NCBI GenBank assembly: GCA_951406725.2
Contig: OX597838.1
Span: 33,170,001-33,234,000, forward strand
Reading direction: 5' to 3'
Source of the DNA: Octopus vulgaris
Lineage: Eukaryota
Length of the DNA: 64,000 bases
Made by a program: the position numbers and the translations under genes
Notes under the pieces: generated by a model
The model's input: the letters and a program-made list of their open reading frames with translations, nothing else
Database searches by the model: none
What the model was told of the DNA's origin: nothing
Shown: positions 50,489 to 63,829 of the stretch, in pieces
Numbering within the stretch: the stretch's first letter is position 1
How the letters are laid out: the number at the start of each line of letters is the position of its first letter

Positions 50489-50771
50489 AATATATATACA
50501 TACACATACATACACATGTATATATACATACGCACACGTACATACATACATACATGTGTATATATGTATATATATATATACGGACATCTTTTACAGATAA
50601 AAATCGTTCGATAGTTCGCTTTTCTTTCTGCTTTTTTATTTCATGTTTACTTTTGTTTTGTTTTTCTTTTTTGTTCTTCTTTTGTAAATGTCTTTTTTTC
50701 CCTCAGAGTTGATAGTAAAAAACACTTGAAAATGAGAGGTTTGTAGATTCTGATGACGAAGGGGCGGACAC

Positions 50772-50830
50772 TGGTGGTGGTGGTGGTGGTGGTAGTAATA
50801 ACAGCTATGGTGGTGGTGATGGTAGCGGCT

Positions 50831-50885
<55 letters not shown>

Positions 50886-51113
50886 CAGTAGCAGCAGTAG
50901 TAGCAGTAGTAGTAGTGGTGGTGGTGGTGGTGGTGGTGGTGGTGGTGGTTTTGGTAGTAATAGTAGTGGTGGTGGTGGTGGTGGTGGTGGTGGTGGTGGT
51001 GGTGGTGGTGGTGGTTTTGGTAGTAATAGTAGTGGTGGTGGTGGTGGTGGTAGTAGTTTTTGGTGCTGATAGTAATAACAGCTATGATGGTTGTGGTGGT
51101 GGTGGCGGCTGTA

Positions 51114-51147
<34 letters not shown>

Positions 51148-51270
51148 ATGTGGTGGTGGTGGTAATAGTAGTGGCGATGGTGGTGGTGGTGGTGATGGTT
51201 GTGGTAGTAGTAGTGGTGGTGGTGGTGGTGGTGGTAGTAGTAGTAGTAGTGGTGGTGGTGCTAGTAGTAT
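50772..51270. repeat. (GTG/GTA)n trinucleotide region
   Basis: direct reading. Confidence 0.92.
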
Positions 51271-52065
51271 CGTAGTAGAGATATTGCTGATGCTATATGG
51301 GACCAAGAATATTCCACCCGTGAATCGCATCCTTTATATTCCAGACATCGGTAGGCTAAGTCTATCTAGGACTACAGGCCAAATGAGAATTTTAAACATG
51401 ACATAATTTTAAAACATTGCAAGTTCCTTCGCTGCATGTTGTTGTTGTTGTTCTTGTTGTTGTTGAGGGGCGGTTGAGGTTAGACCTAGGCCAAATGCCT
51501 TCCTACCGTGACAGTCCCTCTGTAATTTGCCTAACTTACAAGGAACTCAAGGCAGCATTATTCAACGTGTCCTTCATAACTAAAGCAACAGAAGGGAATT
51601 AGCTGTTATTTCAAGTGCTCAATACGTGGTGCTACACGATCAAAGACGTGCCAGCCGTGACCATACCGCCCTTATTTATTTATTTTATTCATTTGTACAT
51701 TTCGAATAGCAACATCAAATGTCCCTTTCTCAACAAAATGATTTTGCAGTAAGTTTTAGCTGCTATTTTTAGCAAAATTCAGTGATTAGGAACAAATACG
51801 AACTCCATTGGCTCGTTGTCGCATTGGTCATGATGGCGGCGGCGGCGGCGGTGGTGGTGGTGGTGATGGTACTGGTGGTGGGAGCGGAGGTGGGCGGTGT
51901 TGAGGTTTGACAGTAGGAGAGTGGGTGCTGGTGGGGGGTGGGCACCCGACTTGCCTGGCGGGTAGATTACTGAAACTATTGCTGTTCCTTGTATTATTGT
52001 CGTACGGGAAAATTCTTATGTACAGGTTGTAATATAATATATATAAGTACAGGTTGTAACCAAAG

Positions 52066-52113
52066 ATGTATATATATGTGTGTGTGTGTGTACTATATAC
52101 ATACGTATATATG

Positions 52114-52161
<48 letters not shown>

Positions 52162-52324
52162 TGTACACACACGCATACATATATATATATTTATGTATAT
52201 AAGGCATATATATATAGCATGTATGAATGTATGTATGTATACACACACACACGTATATATACGTGTATATACATATTTATACGTACATACATATACATGT
52301 ACACACACACGCATATATATGTAT

Positions 52325-52371
<47 letters not shown>

Positions 52372-52660
52372 CAAACATATATGCATGTACACACATATAC
52401 ACACACACACGCATATATATATATATATATATATATTTATGTATATAAGGCATATATATATAGCATGTATGTATGTATGTATACACACACACACGTATAT
52501 ATATGTGTATATACATATTTATACGTAAATACATATACATGTACACACACACGCACATATATATAACATATGTATATAATGCATATATATATATATATAG
52601 TATGTATGTATGTACACACACACACACACACACATACAAACACACGTACACACAGACGCA
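52066..52660. repeat. (TA/CA)n block containing an about 246-bp internal duplication
   Basis: TTTATGTATATAAGGCATATATATAGCATGTATG occurs at about 52190 and 52436. Confidence 0.85.
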
Positions 52661-52906
52661 TGCGCGCACTGCTGCTGTGTTTGGAGACCAAATGAGTCTC
52701 TAGTCGATTCCACCCAAATGTAAACAAAGAATGAAAAGAATGGATTTCGTTGGATTACATTTTGGGGGAAGAGAACAAACACGGCAGGGGATTAGATATT
52801 GGGAAATAGAAATATTTATGCAAACATCAATATACACACACACACACACAAATATATATATATATAATGCGTGTACATATATAATTTACATACATACATG
52901 CATATA

Positions 52907-52966
<60 letters not shown>

Positions 52967-53107
52967 ATATATTGAGAGTCAACGACTACTGGAGAAGTTG
53001 CAAGAAAACGAAAATTTTAGAAAAAATAAATAAGTAAATGAGTGGAAATCGAACCGGTGCGTGTGTTAAGCAATAAGGCATTAAAGCAGAATGAGTCTCC
53101 CCCGAGT

Positions 53108-53158
<51 letters not shown>

Positions 53159-53280
53159 TGTTATTTATGTATTGGTTTATGTCTATCACTGTTTGAGTTG
53201 CATAATAGTTGTTTTATCTCTAATTCATATTTTATATATATACATACATTTATAAATGCATATGTGTGTATATGTATGTA

Positions 53281-53361
<81 letters not shown>

Positions 53362-54139
53362 GCTATTCCCCAAATATACTCAAATATGATTCGAAGCAAA
53401 AGAAATTCCTCTGCACATATCTACGTGAATATCTCGTCTTTTCACGGGTTATCCAGGACTAAATTAACCAATATGATTTCTCTTTATTTAAAAAAAAAAA
53501 GATTATACTGAGAGATTTGACTGTTATTGTTAGCAGTCAATCAACGCATAGTGGCTTCCTGTGATGGCTCGCTGGAGATGAGAAGGTAAAAAATCAACGC
53601 CATGATGCCCATTTTTAACTATATATGTTCTGGTTTCCCCACCTCTTTCGACCACGCTATAAAAATGTAGAAAGGGAAAGAAGTGTCTGTGCTGAGATAT
53701 ATGAAAGAGGGAGAAAGAGAAAGACTGACAGAGTAGAAGAGGGAGATCGAGCGAGAGAGAGAGAGAAGGAGAGGAAAAGAGATTCTCAGCAGTCAGCCAG
53801 CAAGTGAAGCAGGCAGTCAGACGAGCAGGCTATGTGAACATCAAAAAGCAAACGGAGAAATGCCTGAGGCTGCAAAATGAAGAATTAATGAAAGAGGATA
53901 GATATATAATAAAACTCCTGCATCACGCAAATGCAAGAGTATGAAGGGACACGCATAGCTATAGATGTACGCGTACATTCATATCTATTTCGCTTCGACA
54001 TTGCGATACTGAGAACCTGGTGTAGAACTCAATATACAGTGCATCAAAACAACTGTACGCGACACACACACATACACACACATATATATATATACATATA
54101 CATATATATATACATACATACATATCTATATACATACAT

Positions 54140-54422
<283 letters not shown>

Positions 54423-54769
54423 CTCACACACTCACACGTATGATGCCCACAGCCCACACAATATTTCTAAGCATTTACATACGCACACAGATACAGACAC
54501 ACACACACACATGCACGTACTTCTGTGTGATTTCATCTCAAAATAACTACTGCAAGAATATAAATGTACACGCAAAATTCATTAGGAAATACAATATTTG
54601 TAAATATTTACACACACACACAAACAGACACACTCATACGGAGAGGGGGGGGATGGGGAGAACGTGTGAGAGAGAGATGTTTAATAACAGGGCAGTACTG
54701 ATCTTACAAACGTGGAATCAAAGACATTACCAACTGTGGCCATCCCCGTCTTGTACATGTACAAGGACT

Positions 54770-55104
54770 TAGTCTATAGAGAATTACATTATTATTTTTT
54801 TGGGGGGGGGTGAAAAATTGAAATTTTACAAGTTTTCTTTTACGCAGAATCATAACCTCAGTATTTTTCTAAGTATTTCGCCAAAACAAAATTTTTTTAA
54901 AAAGTGAAAATTTAAAAAATTGCAGGGGAGGGGATAGTCTATAGAGAATTACATTATTATTATTATTATTATTATTATTTGGGGGGGGGGATTGAAATTT
55001 TACCATTTTTCTTTTATGTAGAATCATAACCTCAGTATTTTTCTAAGTATTTCGCCAAAAACAAAATATTTTTAAAAAGTGAAAATTTTAAAAATTGTAG
55101 GGGA
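54770..55104. repeat. About 165-bp tandem duplication
   Basis: TAGTCTATAGAGAATTACATTATTATT at 54770 and 54935; AGAATCATAACCTCAGTATTTTTCTAAGTATTTCGCCAAAACAAA in both copies. Confidence 0.92.
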
Positions 55105-55461
55105 GGAGGTATTTAAATTTTGAAATGCAGAAATATTTTGATTTTTTTTTTTTTTTGCAGATTCGGGATCTCCGCTCTCGATATAGTGTGTTCCTGAAAA
55201 AAAAAAAAGAAAAAAAAAAGAAGAAAAAGAACCCTAAAGGGGGTACTGTCCATGATCTTTGCCCCTGTGATTTCATGCTACAGCGTACGTGTTTACGTAT
55301 TCATGCGCCGTCGCCATTGTCGTTGCGGTTGTTGTTGTTGTTATTGTTGTTGTTGTTGTTATTGTTGTTGTTGTTATTGTTGTTGTTGTTGTTGTTGTTG
55401 CTATGCCAATCATTACCAAAAGTGCACTGACCTAGCAGGACTTGGGGGGGGGGGGGGTCAA

Positions 55462-56060
55462 AGGCTGTTCCACCAACCTATCTTTATTTGGGGTTTTTTG
55501 GAAGTCTTTTCCCCCTCGTCTGCAGATATTTTATATTTTTAAGGCGGGTTACTTTGGAATCTTTCTTTCACCCGCTAGAATTATGAATTATTCCGAATGT
55601 TTACCAGATTATCTTCAACAATTCTTTCGCGCCGACGAAAATCATATCAATATTTTCTTTTTTTTTTTCCCCCCCAGAAATTCACAATAGATAATTACAG
55701 CAATGTAGAAAATTTGACAAACATCTTGTGAAACACCAAGTGGTTGAAAGATATTTTAACAAGGTCTGTACTTCATGGTATAAGGGGTCAGGACTTGAGG
55801 GTCTAAGGCTGTTCCACCAACCTATCTTTATCTGGGGTTTTTGGGGGGGCTTTTTTCCCCCTCGTCTGCAGATATTTTATATTTTTAAGGCGGGTTACTT
55901 TGGAATCCTTCTTTCACCCGGTAGAATTATGAATTATTCCGAATTTTTACCAGATTATCTTCAGTAATTCTTTCGCAAGTTGCCGACGAAAATCATATCA
56001 ATATTTTCTCTTTTTTAAGAAATTTTAACAAGGTCTGTACTTCATGGTATAAGGGGTCAG
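55462..56060. repeat. About 345-bp-period duplication with deletion
   Basis: AGGCTGTTCCACCAACCTATCTTTAT at 55462 and 55807; TTTTAACAAGGTCTGTACTTCATGGTATAAGGGGTCAG at about 55754 and 56023. Confidence 0.9.
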
Positions 56061-56127
56061 TTTGACTTGCTATATCTAGTAGAGAGAACAAAACTCGGGA
56101 AGACTCCCTACCTTTCATTGGCTCCTC

Positions 56128-56137
56128 TGTGTGTGTA

Positions 56138-56169
<32 letters not shown>

Positions 56170-56885
56170 TGCATGTAAGCAATGCATTTAAGAGTTTGTG
56201 TGTGTGTGTGTGTATGTATGTTTACTTGTATGTATGTGTTTGCGAATGCGTGTGTAAGTGTACCTATCTTTGCAAATGTGTGTGTGCCTGTGTGTGTGTG
56301 CATGTAAGCAATGCATTTAAGAGTTTGTCCGTGTGTGCGTGTGTATGTGTGTGTGCGTGCGTATATGCATGCATGTGTGTTTACTTGTATGTCTGTGTTT
56401 GCGAATGCGTGTGTGCGCATATGTGAGTGTACTTATGTTTGCAAATGTGTGTGTGCCTCTGTGTGTGTGTGTGTATGTTTGTGTGTGTATGTATGTTTAC
56501 TTGTATGTATGTGTTTGCGAATGCGTGTGTGAGTGTACCTATCTTTGCAAATGTGCCTGTGTGTGTGTGTGTGTGTGTGCATGTAAGCAATGCATTTAAG
56601 AGTTTGTCCGTGTGTGCGTGTGTGTGTGTGTGTGTGTGCATGCATGCATGCATGTGTGTTTACTTGTATGTATGTATGTGTTTGCGAATGCGTGTGTGCG
56701 CATATGTGAGTGTACCAATGTTTGCAAATGTGTGTGTGCCTGTGTGTGTGTGTGTGTGCATGTAAGCAATGCATTTAAGAGTTTGTGCGTGTGTGTGTAT
56801 GTGTGTGTGTATGCATGCATGTGTGTTTACTTGTATGTGTGTGTGCATGTGTGTGTGTGTGTGTTTGTGTGCGCGCGCGTGCGTA
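56128..56885. repeat. (TG)n-derived higher-order minisatellite
   Basis: GCATGTAAGCAATGCATTTAAGAGTTTGT recurs four times (about 56171, 56300, 56579, 56758). Confidence 0.92.
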
Positions 56886-56962
56886 TGTATATATATTTAT
56901 ACGTGTTTCTGTAATATGCGCGAATCCATTATTGCTGTCCTCTGCTTCAACACAACACAAGA

Positions 56963-57022
<60 letters not shown>

Positions 57023-57155
57023 AATAATGATAATAATAATAATTATTATAATGATAATAATAATAATGATAATAGTAATAAAATTAATAATAATAATAAT
57101 AATAATAATAATGATAATAATAATAATAATAAATGATGATGATGATGATGATGAA
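56963..57155. repeat. (ATA/ATG)n microsatellite
   Basis: direct reading. Confidence 0.95.
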
Positions 57156-58011
57156 GATTTCAAATTTTGGCACAAGGCCAGCAATTAATAATAATGATGA
57201 AGTTCATATTACTATTATTTTTGGTGTTGTTTTTTTTGCAGCTTTTATAGTTTTTATTTACTAGTGTAGCAGTGGTGGTGGTGGGGGGGGCGAAGTGCAA
57301 AACAGTGGCGGGTGGCGACGGCAGCGACGGTGGTGGTGGTGGTGGTGGTGGTTGTTGTGGGGGGGGAATTACAGAATGCAGGTTAGGGCGACGGACGGAA
57401 TGTTTTGCGATGTTTAGTTGCGACCCTTTACGTTGCGATTTCGAATTCCACTGATGCCCACTTTTTGTCTTTGATCCTTCCTGAGAGTAGTCAATAAAAT
57501 AAAGCTACCACTTACTTAAGCAATGGTGGATTCGATTAAAAAGAAGATACATGGTGGTGCTCCAGTATGGCCATAGTGTGGATGAATGTAATTAGTGAGA
57601 AAACAAACAAACAAAAGCAAGCAAGAAATTGAAACAAAAATAAAAAAAAGTGAACGAAAGGTCTTGCGAAGGTGCGGAACACTACATAGTCGCTTGACCT
57701 GTTAGAAATAGCAACCAAATCTCCGGTAAATCGTGCTTTGGGTCCTGAAAAGCAGAGCAGCCCATCGGATGAGGAAGTTTTTTAAGTATCCAAGAGTGAA
57801 AGGCTGGACGGGCATGGTTGGAACGCATAGCTGCCATAAGGTATGGGCTCGGTGCACAGTTACTCGGGGGTATCACGGATCTGGAAGCCCTATTTTGAAC
57901 TATATATAAGCTGTGGTTTGCTATAGGGCCCAGTGCACTGGTCTGCCCAGGGGCCGCACGGACTTAGAGGACCGATTCTGATCTATACGTGCTGTGGTTT
58001 GCTGTCAATAA

Positions 58012-58149
58012 ATAAATACTTTAAGGTCCGAGTACATAAATACTTTAAGGTCCGAGTACATAAATACTTTATAAATACTTTAAGGTCCGAGTACATAAAT
58101 ACTTTATAAATACTTTAAGGTCCGAGTACATAAATACTTTAAGGTCCGA
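58012..58149. repeat. 24-bp minisatellite, about 5 copies
   Basis: ATAAATACTTTAAGGTCCGAGTAC, two units with an extra ATAAATACTTT. Confidence 0.92.
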
Positions 58150-58953
58150 CGGTCTTTCATGCTGATAAGACGGGCCTACTGGGACGTTTTTGATTATGAG
58201 AGCAATTTGCTCTGTCAGGACTGACCAGGGGTTAAAAGAATGTGTGAGAGAGAGAGAGAGAGAGGGGCGATAGAGAGAGGAAAACAAGACAGAATGTAAA
58301 TATAACAAATAGTAAAGCTGAACTTACCACTCGTTAGGGAAAAATACATGGATAAGAAGCCGAGAATTAGCAGGTTATTCCATTTCAAATCGTCTGTTGC
58401 CATTGTAAACCGTAAACCATAAAAACGTTGTATATATCATATATGTGTATGTCGTATAAACAAGATCCGATGGGTGTAGAAAAAATGAGAGAGAGAGAAA
58501 AGAGAGAAAATGTAGGAGTTTATGTTATAATAACAGTAGCTTCGAACTGTGATGTGTTTGTTGTGAGTCGACAAACATTTAGAAGCCAACAGCAGCAGCG
58601 GCAGCGGAGGCAGCGGAAGCAGCAGCTGAGAAGTTTGAAGCAGCAGCGGCAACGACAGCAGAACGAACACATGGATTGGTGAATGTTTCTATTTACAAAA
58701 CCGTGGGAGGGGGAGGCAGGAAAGCGAAGCACTTAAACGTGTGTGTATGTACGTAACTTTATGTATGTGTGTGCATGTGAGTGTTTTGACGAACGCTGGT
58801 TGCTCGTTCATTTTGCGACATTTTTCAATTGAAAAACTTCTCAAATTGAACCGTTCTTCTCCGAATTTTGACTTTTAACACGAAATTTCTTTAGTTTCGT
58901 TTCAGGTTTAATGATTTTCATTCGAATGTAACTTCAGTTTCCCATTCGATCTC

Positions 58954-59889
58954 GGTATTTCGTCTGCCGTTGCGTTCTGAGTTCAAATTCCACCGAGGTC
59001 GACTTTGCCTTTCATCCTTTCGGGGTCGATAAATTAAGTACCAGTTACTCACTGGGGTCGATGTAATCGACTTAATACCTATGTCTGTCCTTGTTTGTCC
59101 TCTCTGTGTTTAGCCCCTTGTGGGTAGTAAAGAAATAGAAATAGGTATTTCGTCTGCCGTTACGTTCTGAGTTCAAATTCCGCCGAGGTCGACTTTCCCT
59201 TTCATCCTTTCGGGGGTTGATAAATTAAGTACCAGTTACTCACTGGGGTCGATGTAATCGACTTAATACCTATGTCTGTCCTTGTTTGTCTCTTCTGTGT
59301 TTAGCCCCTTGTGGGTAGTAAAGAAATAGGTATTTCGTCTGCCGTTACGTTCTGAGTTCAAATTCCGCCGATGGTCGACTTTACCTTTCATCCTTTCGGG
59401 GTTGATAAATTAAGTACCAGTTACTCACTGGGGTCGATGTAATCGACTTAATACCTATGTCTGTCCTTGTTTGTCTCTTCTGTGTTTAGCCCCTTGTGGG
59501 TAGTAAAGAAATAGGTATTTCGTCTGCCGTTACGTTCTGAGTTCAAATTCCGCCGAGGTCGACTTTGCCTTTCATCCTTTCGGGGTCGATAAATTAAGTA
59601 CCAGTTACTCACTGGGGTCGATGTAATCGACTTAATGCCTATGTCTGTCCTTGTTTGTCTCTTCTGTGTTTAGCCCCTTGTGGTTAGTAAAGAATTAGGT
59701 ATTTCGTCTGCCGTTACGTTCTGAGTTCAAATTCCGCCGAGGTCGACTTTGCCTTTCATCCTTTGGGGGTCGATAAATTAAGTACCAGTTACTCACTGGG
59801 GTTGATGTAATCGACTTAATACCTATGTCTGTCTGTCCTTGCTTGTCCCCTCTATTTTTAGCCCCTTGTGGGTGATAAAGAAACAGGTA
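58954..59889 (+). mobile_element. Tandem array of five about 185-bp SINE A bodies lacking the A-box head
   Basis: GGTATTTCGTCTGCCG starts at 58954, 59144, 59329, 59514 and 59698. Confidence 0.95.
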
Positions 59890-59900
59890 CTACTTGTAAA

Positions 59901-60121
59901 CAGTGGTCGCGGTGCGCGCACTCGCGTACTCGCGCATCCGCGCTAGCTAGTCATGACTAGTCGATCCTTACTTTGTGTTTTTGTGTTTTATTTACTTTGT
60001 TTAACAAAAATTATTTATTTTGTGTTTTATTTACTTTGCTAGGTAGTCGTTGTAGGATCGTCTAGTCACGACTAGCTAGCGCGAAAACGCGACTACGCGA
60101 GTGCGCGCACCGGTACCACTG
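59901..60121. mobile_element. CpG-rich MITE with about 67-bp TIRs (CAGTGG...CCACTG, hAT-like termini)
   Basis: CGGTGCGCGCACTCGCGTA...GCGCTAGCTAGTCATGACTAG mirrored at 60055-60121; AT-rich core; TSD not clear. Confidence 0.82.
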
Positions 60122-60319
60122 TGGACCACTGTTCGCAAGTAGAACCTTCGATCTCTTGCTGTCGTTGTTGTTGGTGTTGTGTCAGGTATTTGCTAAGAAA
60201 CGTTCTTACCACTCTATGTGTGTGTGTGTGTTTGTGTGTCTGTGTTTGTCCCCCCCCCCCAACATCGCTTGACAACCGATGCTGGTGTATTTACGTCCCC
60301 GTATCGATTCTTTCTTTGT

Positions 60320-60711
60320 CTTTACTTGTTTCAGTCATGTGACTGCGGCCATGCTGAAGCACCGCCTTTAGTCGAGCAAATCGACCCCAGAACTTATTCT
60401 TTGTAAGCCTTAGTACTTATTCTATCGTTATCTTTTGCCGAACCGCTATGTTACGGGGACGTAAACAGACCAGCATCTGTTGTCAAGCGATGTTGGGTGG
60501 GATACAAACACAGACACACAAACACACACATATGTATACATATACATATATATGACGGGCTTCTTTCAGTTTCCGTCTACCAAATCCACTCACAAGGCTT
60601 TGGTCAGCCCTAGGCTATATTAGAAGACACTTGCCCAAGGTACAACGCAGTGGGACTGAACCCGGAACTATGTGGTTGGTAAGCAAGCTACTTACCACAC
60701 AGCCACCCCTG
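60320..60711 (-). mobile_element. SINE family B, full length; inverted fragment at 60218-60302
   Basis: Homology to 2496-2892. Confidence 0.9.
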
Positions 60712-60903
60712 TTTCATTCAGAGCACGGTTTCTCAACCATTTCTTATCTATAGACTACTTTGCTTACCATTTCACTCTGGTGGACCCTCATAGCCATTCG
60801 ATGTTTAAAAACTAATCGTATAGACATTTCTATATTTATGAGATGAGGAATTATGTACATTATTTACATTTGACGGATATTTCTCCTCATCTTGTTTGTT
60901 GTT

Positions 60904-60950
60904 AACACAACGTTTCGGCTGATATACCCTCCAAGCCTTCATCAGGTGTC
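60904..60950 (-). ncRNA. Minimal type I hammerhead ribozyme, intact, in PLE-like fragment about 60830-61000
   Basis: gacac-CUGAUGA-A-GGCU(13 nt)AGCC-GAAA-CG-UU-guguu. Confidence 0.82.
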
Positions 60951-61020
60951 TTGGGGAAATTTCTAACCTGGGTTCTCATTCCTAAGGTATTTTTCGATGT
61001 TGTTGTTGTTGTTGTTGTTG

Positions 61021-61108
<88 letters not shown>

Positions 61109-61112
61109 GTGA

Positions 61113-61430
61113 AGGCGGCGCATGGCTCGGAGGCTACGATCGTGAGGTTGTGAGTCCGAATCCCGGACCGGGCTGCGTGTTGTGTTCTTGAGCAAGACAC
61201 TTTATTCCACGTTGCTCCAGTTCACTGAGCTGTAGAAATGAGCTGCGACGTCACAGGTGCCGAGCTGTATCGGCCTCTTTGCCTTTCCCTTGGATAACAT
61301 CAGTGGTATGGAGAGGGGAGGCTGGTATGCATGGGTGACTGCTGGTCTTCCATAGACACCCTTGCCCGGACTTGTGCCTCGGAGGGTAACTTTCTAGGTG
61401 CAATCCAGTGGCCTGTGTCGTGACCGAAGT
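61113..61430 (+). mobile_element. tRNA-derived SINE family D
   Basis: GAGTCCGAATCCC B box, GTGTTCTTGAGCAAGACACTT core; homologous to 9878-10200. Confidence 0.85.
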
Positions 61431-61442
61431 GAGTCTCAACAT

Positions 61443-61838
61443 CTTTTACTTGTTTCAGTCGTTAGACTGCGACCCTGCTGGAGCATATAGCATTGTAGAA
61501 TTTGAGTCGAACGAATTGACCCCAGTTCATAAGCCTGGTACTTATTCTCTCGCTCCCTTTTGTCGAACTGCTACGTTACGGGGACGTAAACACACCAGCA
61601 CCGGTTGTCAAGCGGAGTGGTGGCGTAACACACACACATGCACACACACACACCTACAAGCATAAATAAGTAAATTTATACACGACGGGCTTCTTTCAGT
61701 TTCCGTCTACCAAATCTACTCACAAAGCTTTGGTCGAGCCGAGGCTATAGTAGAAGACACTTGCCCAAGGTGCCACGCAGTGGGACTGAACCCGGAACCA
61801 TGTGATTGTGAAGCAGGCTTCTTACCACACAACCACTC
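61443..61838 (-). mobile_element. SINE family B
   Basis: Family consensus. Confidence 0.88.
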
Positions 61839-61934
61839 TTGTGTGTCTATGTATGAATGTATCTGTTTCCCTCCCTCTCTCTCTCTCTCTCTCTCTGTAT
61901 ACATACACACACACGCACGCACGCACACACGCAC

Positions 61935-62001
<67 letters not shown>

Positions 62002-62240
62002 AGCAATAATAATCTCTGAGCGAAGTTCGACCCCTAAGTGTTAGCTACATTTAGGGGGGCAAATATACTTCACCTTTGCCCATATAATACAATAAATGAA
62101 TTAATTGTATCGCAATTCTTAACATTTATGTATTAACTTTGTTGGGAACCTCACTAGCAGTATATTGGATATATGTTATCCCATGGTGGGTTGCATTTAC
62201 AACCCCTATCTCAATTTGTAACTATATATATTTATATATA

Positions 62241-62657
62241 CAGGGCGCGATGAATAAATTGCCGTGTCGATTACGTAAAAATGAAAATAACACTGACATC
62301 TCTTTTAAAAGATAGATTTACCAAAATTACATAAAAAATATCTTGAAATGCTAAAGAGTAAATCTATTCAATAAAATCGCCATTGGCTTCAACTACGGCC
62401 TCCAGACGACTTCGGAATCTTCTGCAACTCTTCTGGACGGTCTCTTAGTTTAAGTTGGTGAATGTTGCCATAATCCTTGCCTTCAGTTCATCTTTGGTGT
62501 TGCAAGGAGTTTTCTTGGTCTCTCGCTCAACTGCGCTCCCCACTTAATAATCAAGGGGGTTGCAGTCTGGGGAGTTGGTTGGCCAGATGTTAGGTGTGGG
62601 TGGTCGTAGAAATTACCTCACAGCAATGAGTGGATTCTCTTGCTTGTGTGGCATGGA
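62241..62657 (-). pseudogene. Tc1/mariner superfamily (maT/DD37D-like) transposase 3' remnant with terminal repeat
   Basis: Minus strand: PCHTSKR...PNIWPTNSPDCNPLDY*VGSAVERETKKTPCNTKDELKARIMATFTNLN*ETVQKSCRRFRSRLEAVVEANGDFIE* (stop at 62364-62366); end TA|CAGGG at 62241. Confidence 0.88.
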
Positions 62658-62710
62658 GAGAAAAAAACCATCAACGATCCATATGTAGTTACATTTTATA
62701 TATGTATATG

Positions 62711-62770
<60 letters not shown>

Positions 62771-62978
62771 CTTATATACATACGTATACACACACACACA
62801 CATATATATATGCATATGTGGGCACGGGACGTTATGAAACGTGTATAACAAAAAAGTACGAAGCACAAGTACATGGAACATGAACTATTCTTTCGAGCAA
62901 CGAAAGACACAAATGGAAAACAAAACAAACAATATAAAGAACGACCATTCATCGGCTGTTAGTTGTCTCTCTATTTTC

Positions 62979-63062
<84 letters not shown>

Positions 63063-63072
63063 TTATAGAAGG

Positions 63073-63123
63073 AGCTTCTACAGGACTAGAACTGTTTCAT
63101 TCAAATGAAATCTTCAGGAAGCT
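63073..63123 (-). ncRNA. Type I hammerhead ribozyme (left arm)
   Basis: agcuuc-CUGAAGA-uuucauuugaau-GAAA-CAG uucuaguc CUG-UA-gaagcu; stem II weak. Confidence 0.72.
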
Positions 63124-63469
63124 GGCTGTCAAAATAAGGTCTAGTATTTATACATTTAGGCAGATTTAATGGGGTGGTGGTGGGGGCCGTTTTTTGGGTA
63201 AGCATGCACAAACCATCGTTCTTAGGGGAGTGGTCAAAAGAATCAGTGTTAAAGTAAATAAATGAATAAATAGAATAATTGAATAGAGTTTTTTTTTTTA
63301 AAAACTCTATTCAATTATTCTATTTATTCATTTATTTACTTTAACACTGATTCTTTTGACCACTCCCCTAAGAACGATGGTTTGTGCATGCTTACCCAAA
63401 AAACGGCCCCCACCACCACCCCATTAAATCTGCCTAAATGTATAAATACCAGACCTTATTTTGACAGCC

Positions 63470-63520
63470 AGCTTCCTGAAGATTTCATTTCAATGAAACA
63501 GTTCTAGTCCTGTAGAAGCT
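63470..63520 (+). ncRNA. Type I hammerhead ribozyme (right arm)
   Basis: agcuuc-CUGAAGA-uuucauuucaau-GAAA-CAG uucuaguc CUG-UA-gaagcu; predicted cleavage after A63514. Confidence 0.72.
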
Positions 63521-63607
63521 CCTTCTATAAAATAAATTAATTTACTCTGCTATGTATAGAGTACCTTATTTACTGTGGTTAACCCCGACTCAACCCGGGA
63601 CCTACAT

Positions 63608-63675
<68 letters not shown>

Positions 63676-63680
<5 letters not shown>

Positions 63681-63829
63681 AAAATAGGATAAAATCTTCA
63701 TAAGAAATTATCAAGTAGTTAGCGTGAAAAACCTCATATGAGAAAAAATCTGTAAATTTTTTCTCTTATGACGTTTTTCACGCTAACTACTTGATAATTT
63801 CTTATGAAGATTTTATCCTATTTTTAAAT
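63676..63829. repeat. 154-bp palindrome adjacent to (TA)n
   Basis: ATTTAAAAATAGGATAAAATCTTCATAAGAAATTATCAAGTAGTTAGCGTGAAAAAC mirrored at 63773-63829. Confidence 0.92.

Larger units (their letters stand above)
63058..63535. repeat. Near-perfect 478-bp palindrome (fold-back PLE-like element)
   Basis: About 236-bp arms with 2 mismatches seen, centre at the T/A run 63289-63304. Confidence 0.95.
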
